A stretch of 64,000 nucleotides of DNA, from contig JAWSUS010000005.1 of NCBI GenBank assembly GCA_033549025.1, positions 1 through 64,000 on the forward strand. The letters run 5' to 3'. A program made the position numbers and the translations under genes. Below the pieces are notes generated by a model. The model saw only the letters and a program-made list of their open reading frames with translations. It made no database searches and was not told the DNA's origin. This document shows, in pieces, positions 59,911 to 64,000 of the stretch. Position 1 is the first letter of the stretch; each line of letters begins with the position of its first letter. The DNA comes from Desulfuromonadales bacterium. Lineage in GTDB: Bacteria > Desulfobacterota > Desulfuromonadia > Desulfuromonadales > SZUA-540.

Positions 59911-60822
59911 ATGTTTGTCAATGTTCTGGTCCACCTGGTGCTTCTGTTGTTGTTTGCGCCTCTGCTGCAGGGGGTGATCACCCGCACCAAGGCCCTGTTC
60001 GCCGGCCGGCAGGGCGCACCCCTGCTGCAGCCTTACTATGACCTGGCCCGCCTGTGGCGCAAAGGGTTCGTCCTCAGCCACACGACGACCTGGGTCTTTC
60101 TGGCCGGGCCGGTGGTCGGGCTGGCCGTGCCGATACTGGCCGCACTCCTGCTGCCTTTCGGCGCCTTGCCGGCGCCCATCTCTTTTCAGGGGGACTTGAT
60201 CCTCTTTGTCTATCTCTTCGGGCTATCCCGTTTTTTCGTGGCCTCCGCCGCCCTGGATACGGGTTCGAGTTTTGAGGGGATGGGGGCAGCCCGCGAGGTG
60301 ACCTTCTCCTGTCTGGCCGAGCCGACCCTGCTCTTTTCCCTCATCGTCCTGGCCCGCCTGGCCGACGGCCTTTCCCTGGGAACCCTGCTCGGCGCCGGCC
60401 TCGGCTCCTCCTGGAGAGGGGGGGCGGCCTCGCTGGGGCTGATCACTGTCTGCCTCTTTGTCGTGCTGCTGGTGGAAAATTCCCGCATTCCCTTCGACGA
60501 TCCCAATACTCACCTTGAGCTGACGATGATCCACGAGGTCATGGTGCTTGATCACAGCGGCCCGGCCTTCGGCATGGTCCTGTACGGCGCCGCCCTCAAA
60601 CTGATGGTGCTGGGCTCTCTTGTCGTCCGTTTGGCTTTGCCCTTTGAGACGGGCAGCCCGCTGCTGGACGGGGGCGTCTACCTCGGCGGCCTGCTGCTGC
60701 TGGCCGTGCTGATCGGCGTGGTGGAATCGACCATGGCTCGCCTGCGCCTGGTGCGCGTCCCCCAGGTGCTCATCGGCACCATGCTGATTTCGATTTTTGC
60801 CCTGGTGCTGGTGCTGCGTTAG
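59911..60822 (+). CDS. Ehr/HyfC-like (NuoH family) membrane subunit (EhrB)
   Basis: GRQGAPLLQPYYDL, SSFEGMGAARE, ENSRIPFDDP and ELTMIHE. Confidence 0.9.
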   Translation: MFVNVLVHLVLLLLFAPLLQGVITRTKALFAGRQGAPLLQPYYDLARLWRKGFVLSHTTTWVFLAGPVVGLAVPILAALLLPFGALPAPISFQGDLILFVYLFGLSRFFVASAALDTGSSFEGMGAAREVTFSCLAEPTLLFSLIVLARLADGLSLGTLLGAGLGSSWRGGAASLGLITVCLFVVLLVENSRIPFDDPNTHLELTMIHEVMVLDHSGPAFGMVLYGAALKLMVLGSLVVRLALPFETGSPLLDGGVYLGGLLLLAVLIGVVESTMARLRLVRVPQVLIGTMLISIFALVLVLR

Positions 60823-60834
60823 GAGTTACGACCC

Positions 60835-61473
60835 ATGATTGAATTGAGCAACCTCTGCCTGCTGCTGGTGATCCTCATCAACTTCTTCACTCTGGGCAGC
60901 GCCCGCCTGGTAGCCTGCATCCGGGTTGTGGCTCTGCAGGGCGCCCTCATCGCGCTGCTGCCGTGCCTGGCCCACGGAATTTCCTGGCATACCCTGATGC
61001 TGACGGCGACGGCCTTTCTCCTCAAGGGGGTATTCATCCCCTGGCTGCTGCTACGGGCCATCCGCGAGGTGCGCATCCGTCGCGAGGTCGAGGCGCTTAT
61101 CGGCTTCGTCCCCACCCTGATCATCGGCGCCATGCTCACGGCCGGGGCTTTTATCTTCGCGGATTTTCTGCCGCTGCTGCCGGAGCATCAGGGCGGACTC
61201 TACGTCCCCACCTCCCTGGCCACCCTCTTTGCCGGTTTCATGCTGCTGATGACGCGGCGCAAGGCCATCACCCAGGTGCTCGGCTATCTGATGCTGGAAA
61301 ACGGCATCTTTATTTTCAGCATCCTGCTCAGCGAGGCCATGCCCCTGGTGGTGGAAGCGGGGGTGCTGCTCGATCTGCTCGTCGCGGTTTTTGTCATGGG
61401 GATTGTGATCAACCAGATCAACCGGGAGTTTTCCACCGTGGATACCACCCGGCTTTCCGTCCTGAAGGAATAA
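60835..61473 (+). CDS. Ehr/HyfE-like membrane subunit (EhrC)
   Basis: ALQG, KGVFIP, QVLGYLMLENG and VEAGVLLD. Confidence 0.88.
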   Translation: MIELSNLCLLLVILINFFTLGSARLVACIRVVALQGALIALLPCLAHGISWHTLMLTATAFLLKGVFIPWLLLRAIREVRIRREVEALIGFVPTLIIGAMLTAGAFIFADFLPLLPEHQGGLYVPTSLATLFAGFMLLMTRRKAITQVLGYLMLENGIFIFSILLSEAMPLVVEAGVLLDLLVAVFVMGIVINQINREFSTVDTTRLSVLKE

Positions 61474-61477
61474 CACG

Positions 61478-62902
61478 ATGCTGATGTTGCTGATTTGTTT
61501 CCCCTTGGCCCTGGCCGCCCTGGCGGTGGCGCTGCCCTCCTTCCGGGTGCGGAGCTGGCTGCTGCCGGTCAGCGGTGTCCTGCACTTCGCGCTGGCCGTC
61601 GCCGTGGTCAGTCAAGGGAGCCCCGCCGCAACGCCCTGGCTTGGCCTCGATGCCCTCTCCCAGCTGGTCCTGCTGGCGACCAGTCTGCTCTACCTGGCCT
61701 GTTCCATCTATGCCGTTGCCTATCTCAACCTGCATTCGGAGCGGGGGAACCGCCTGATGGTCGCCTGCCTGCTGATCTTTCTGACGGCCATGACGCTGGC
61801 CATTACGGCGCGTCATCTGGGGCTGCTGTGGGTGGCGGTGGAGACGACGACCATCGCCAGCGCTCCGCTGATCTACTACAATCGTAACCGCCTCTCCATC
61901 GAAGCGACCTGGAAATATCTCATTCTCTGCTCGGTGGGTATCGCTCTGGCCATGGTCGGCATCCTCTTTGTGGCCTATGCGGCCCTCGGCAACGGTGTGC
62001 CGGTCAGCCTGCAGCTCGATGCGCTGCTGGCGGCGGGGCCGACCCTGGCCCGCCCCTGGCTGCATGCCGGTTTCGTCTTTCTGCTGGTCGGCTTCGGCAC
62101 CAAGATGGGGCTGGCGCCGCTGCACAGCTGGAAGCCCGATGCCTACGGCGAGGCGCCGGGTCTGGTCGGCGCTCTGCTGGCCGGCGGTCTGACTTCCGTG
62201 GCCTTTCTCGCCATCCTGCGCGGGGTGCAGCTGATGGGCGCGGCCGGCGATCTGGCCCTGGCCCGACAGATGCTGCTCGGCATGGGCCTGCTTTCGCTGC
62301 TGCTGGCAGCCATCTTCATGGTCCGGCAGGGCGACATCAAACGTCTGCTCGCCTATTCGAGCGTTGAACACATGGGGCTGCTGGCCGTGGGGGTCGGTAT
62401 CGGTGGTCTGGCCACCTTCGGCGCCCTGCTGCATCTGCTCAACAACGCCATGACCAAGGGCTGCCTCTTCCTCTGTGCTGGCAATATCCACCGGGCTTTT
62501 GCCAGCAAGCGCCTGCAGGATGTGCGGGGTGCGCTGTCGGTCTTGCCCGTCTCCAGCGCCCTTTTTCTGGCCGGCTTCCTGGCCATCACCGGCTCACCCC
62601 CCTTCGGCCCTTTCCTCAGCGAGTTCACCATGCTGCGCGGCATGTTCGCCGCTGGCCAGATGTGGGTGGGCGCTGTGGTACTGGTCTTGCTGGCCGTCAT
62701 CTTTATCGGCATGGGGGCTACAGTGCTGGCCGTGACCCAGGGGGAGGCGGAGGTGGAGCAGGTGCATTTCCGGGATCGGCTGCCGTTGGTGGCGCCGCCC
62801 CTCTTTCTGCTGCTGGTCGTGCTGGTGCTGGGGCTCTATCTGCCCGAACCACTGCAGCGCCTGCTGCGGGATGCCGCCGCTCTGCTGGAGGTGAACGCAT
62901 GA
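61478..62902 (+). CDS. Ehr/HyfF-like antiporter subunit (EhrD)
   Basis: WVAVETTT, EATWKYLILCSVGI, GFGTKMGLAPLHSWKPDAY, AYSSVEH and PPFGPFLSE. Confidence 0.9.
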   Translation: MLMLLICFPLALAALAVALPSFRVRSWLLPVSGVLHFALAVAVVSQGSPAATPWLGLDALSQLVLLATSLLYLACSIYAVAYLNLHSERGNRLMVACLLIFLTAMTLAITARHLGLLWVAVETTTIASAPLIYYNRNRLSIEATWKYLILCSVGIALAMVGILFVAYAALGNGVPVSLQLDALLAAGPTLARPWLHAGFVFLLVGFGTKMGLAPLHSWKPDAYGEAPGLVGALLAGGLTSVAFLAILRGVQLMGAAGDLALARQMLLGMGLLSLLLAAIFMVRQGDIKRLLAYSSVEHMGLLAVGVGIGGLATFGALLHLLNNAMTKGCLFLCAGNIHRAFASKRLQDVRGALSVLPVSSALFLAGFLAITGSPPFGPFLSEFTMLRGMFAAGQMWVGAVVLVLLAVIFIGMGATVLAVTQGEAEVEQVHFRDRLPLVAPPLFLLLVVLVLGLYLPEPLQRLLRDAAALLEVNA

Positions 62903-64000
62903 TGCCCATCGTGAAAAATGGCGGGACCGTGCCGCTTGATGAGATCCCCGTCCTCGACTATGAGGTTTTCGGCCCCCGGTTGAAGGCCGATATGGAACAG
63001 GAGGGGAGGGTGGCCGCCTACTTCGGGCACCTGGCGGCGGAGGGCGAGGTGGAACTCTTTGCCCTGATCGCTCACGACTGGAAGGGGGAGCTGCATTTGC
63101 TGCGGTCACGGGTCGGCAGTCGTTTCCCTTCCCTGACCCCGGAAATTCCCCAGCTGCACCTCTTCGAGCGCGAGCTCGCCGAACAGTTCGGCGTGGTGCC
63201 CGAAGGCCATCCCTGGCTCAAGCCGGTGCGCTTCCATTCATCCTGGGTGCCTGAACGGGATGCCTGGGGCCGGTCGGCTGGGGGGCATCCGGTGCCGGGG
63301 GATATGGAATTCTACCGGGTTGAAGGGGAGGAAGTGCATGAAGTCGCCGTCGGGCCGGTGCATGCCGGGGTGATTGAGCCGGGGCATTTCCGCTTTCAGT
63401 GTCATGGCGAAAAGGTCATGCACCTGGAGATCTCCCTCGGCTTTCAGCATCGGGGACTCGAAGCCCTGCTGCACGGCGGCCCTCACGCCAGCACCCTGCA
63501 CCAGTTGGAGGCGGCGGCCGGAGACACGACCATCGGCCACGCCACCGCGTACTGCCAGGTGCTGGAGGCCTTAAGCGGCTGTGCGGTGCCGCCGAAAGGG
63601 CAGGTGCTGCGGGCGGTGGCGCTGGAGTTGGAGCGTCTGGCCAACCATGTCGGCGACATCGGCGCGCTCGCCGGGGATGTGGGCTTTCTGCCGACGGCCA
63701 GCTTCTGCGGCCGCATTCGCGGCGACTATCTCAACCTGAGCGCCGAACTGTGCGGCAGCCGTTTCGGGCGCGGGATGATTCGTCCCGGCGGGGTTGGTTT
63801 CGACGCCGACCCGGTGCTGGTCGCCCATCTTCTGCAGCGCCTGGCGGTGATCGAGCGCGATACGCGCGGGGCGATCGAACTCTTCTTCGACAGCCCCTCG
63901 GCCCTGGCCCGACTGGAGGGGACGGGGAAGGTCGCCACCGAGGACGCCGAATCCCTCGGTCTGGTCGGCATGGCGGCCAGGGCCTGTGGGTTGGCGGTCG
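62899..64000 (+). CDS. Ehr large subunit (NuoC/D, HyfG-like; lacks NiFe-binding Cys), truncated by the window end
   Basis: Manual translation from the ATG at 62899 gives FERE..GHPWLKP, VGPVHAGVIEPGHFRF, HRG.E, LEAAAGDTTIGH and ELERLANH. No stop before 64000, so the ORF track misses it. Confidence 0.88.
   Translation, partial: MMPIVKNGGTVPLDEIPVLDYEVFGPRLKADMEQEGRVAAYFGHLAAEGEVELFALIAHDWKGELHLLRSRVGSRFPSLTPEIPQLHLFERELAEQFGVVPEGHPWLKPVRFHSSWVPERDAWGRSAGGHPVPGDMEFYRVEGEEVHEVAVGPVHAGVIEPGHFRFQCHGEKVMHLEISLGFQHRGLEALLHGGPHASTLHQLEAAAGDTTIGHATAYCQVLEALSGCAVPPKGQVLRAVALELERLANHVGDIGALAGDVGFLPTASFCGRIRGDYLNLSAELCGSRFGRGMIRPGGVGFDADPVLVAHLLQRLAVIERDTRGAIELFFDSPSALARLEGTGKVATEDAESLGLVGMAARACGLAV

Noticed and set aside
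55927..64000. Formate hydrogenlyase or NiFe hydrogenase-4 call
   Set aside because: The large subunit lacks the N-terminal Ni-binding CxxC, and no maturation or fdh genes are in the window.

Overview
This is a GC-rich chromosomal window from a deltaproteobacterium. Gene content suggests Desulfuromonadales (Desulfuromonas/Geobacter-like): an Ehr complex, an ActP acetate permease with IclR, a PEP-CTERM protein, rubrerythrin/desulfoferrodoxin and sigma54 promoters. It holds about 56 protein-coding genes and one tRNA-Thr(CGT). I saw no CRISPR array, IS element or prophage. The main observations are: (1) an exported, Cys-free selenocysteine peroxiredoxin that the ORF track splits at an in-frame UGA; it has a SECIS-like hairpin and is translationally coupled to an uncharacterised lipoprotein carrying a Cys pair; (2) a corA - large P-loop NTPase - mscS - anion permease - photolyase cluster; (3) an Ehr (NiFe-less hydrogenase-4-like) operon led by an Xis-like HTH-PTS EIIA regulator, with 10-bp-phased direct repeats over its promoter and a coupled YoaK/DUF1275 gene; (4) an acetate kinase paralog with rewritten nucleotide-binding motifs; (5) a one-Cys thioredoxin lipoprotein paired with CcdA; (6) a decayed RelE toxin fragment and long structured leaders on the csp and DEAD-box helicase genes. 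Family calls come from motif recognition only; no database searches were run.
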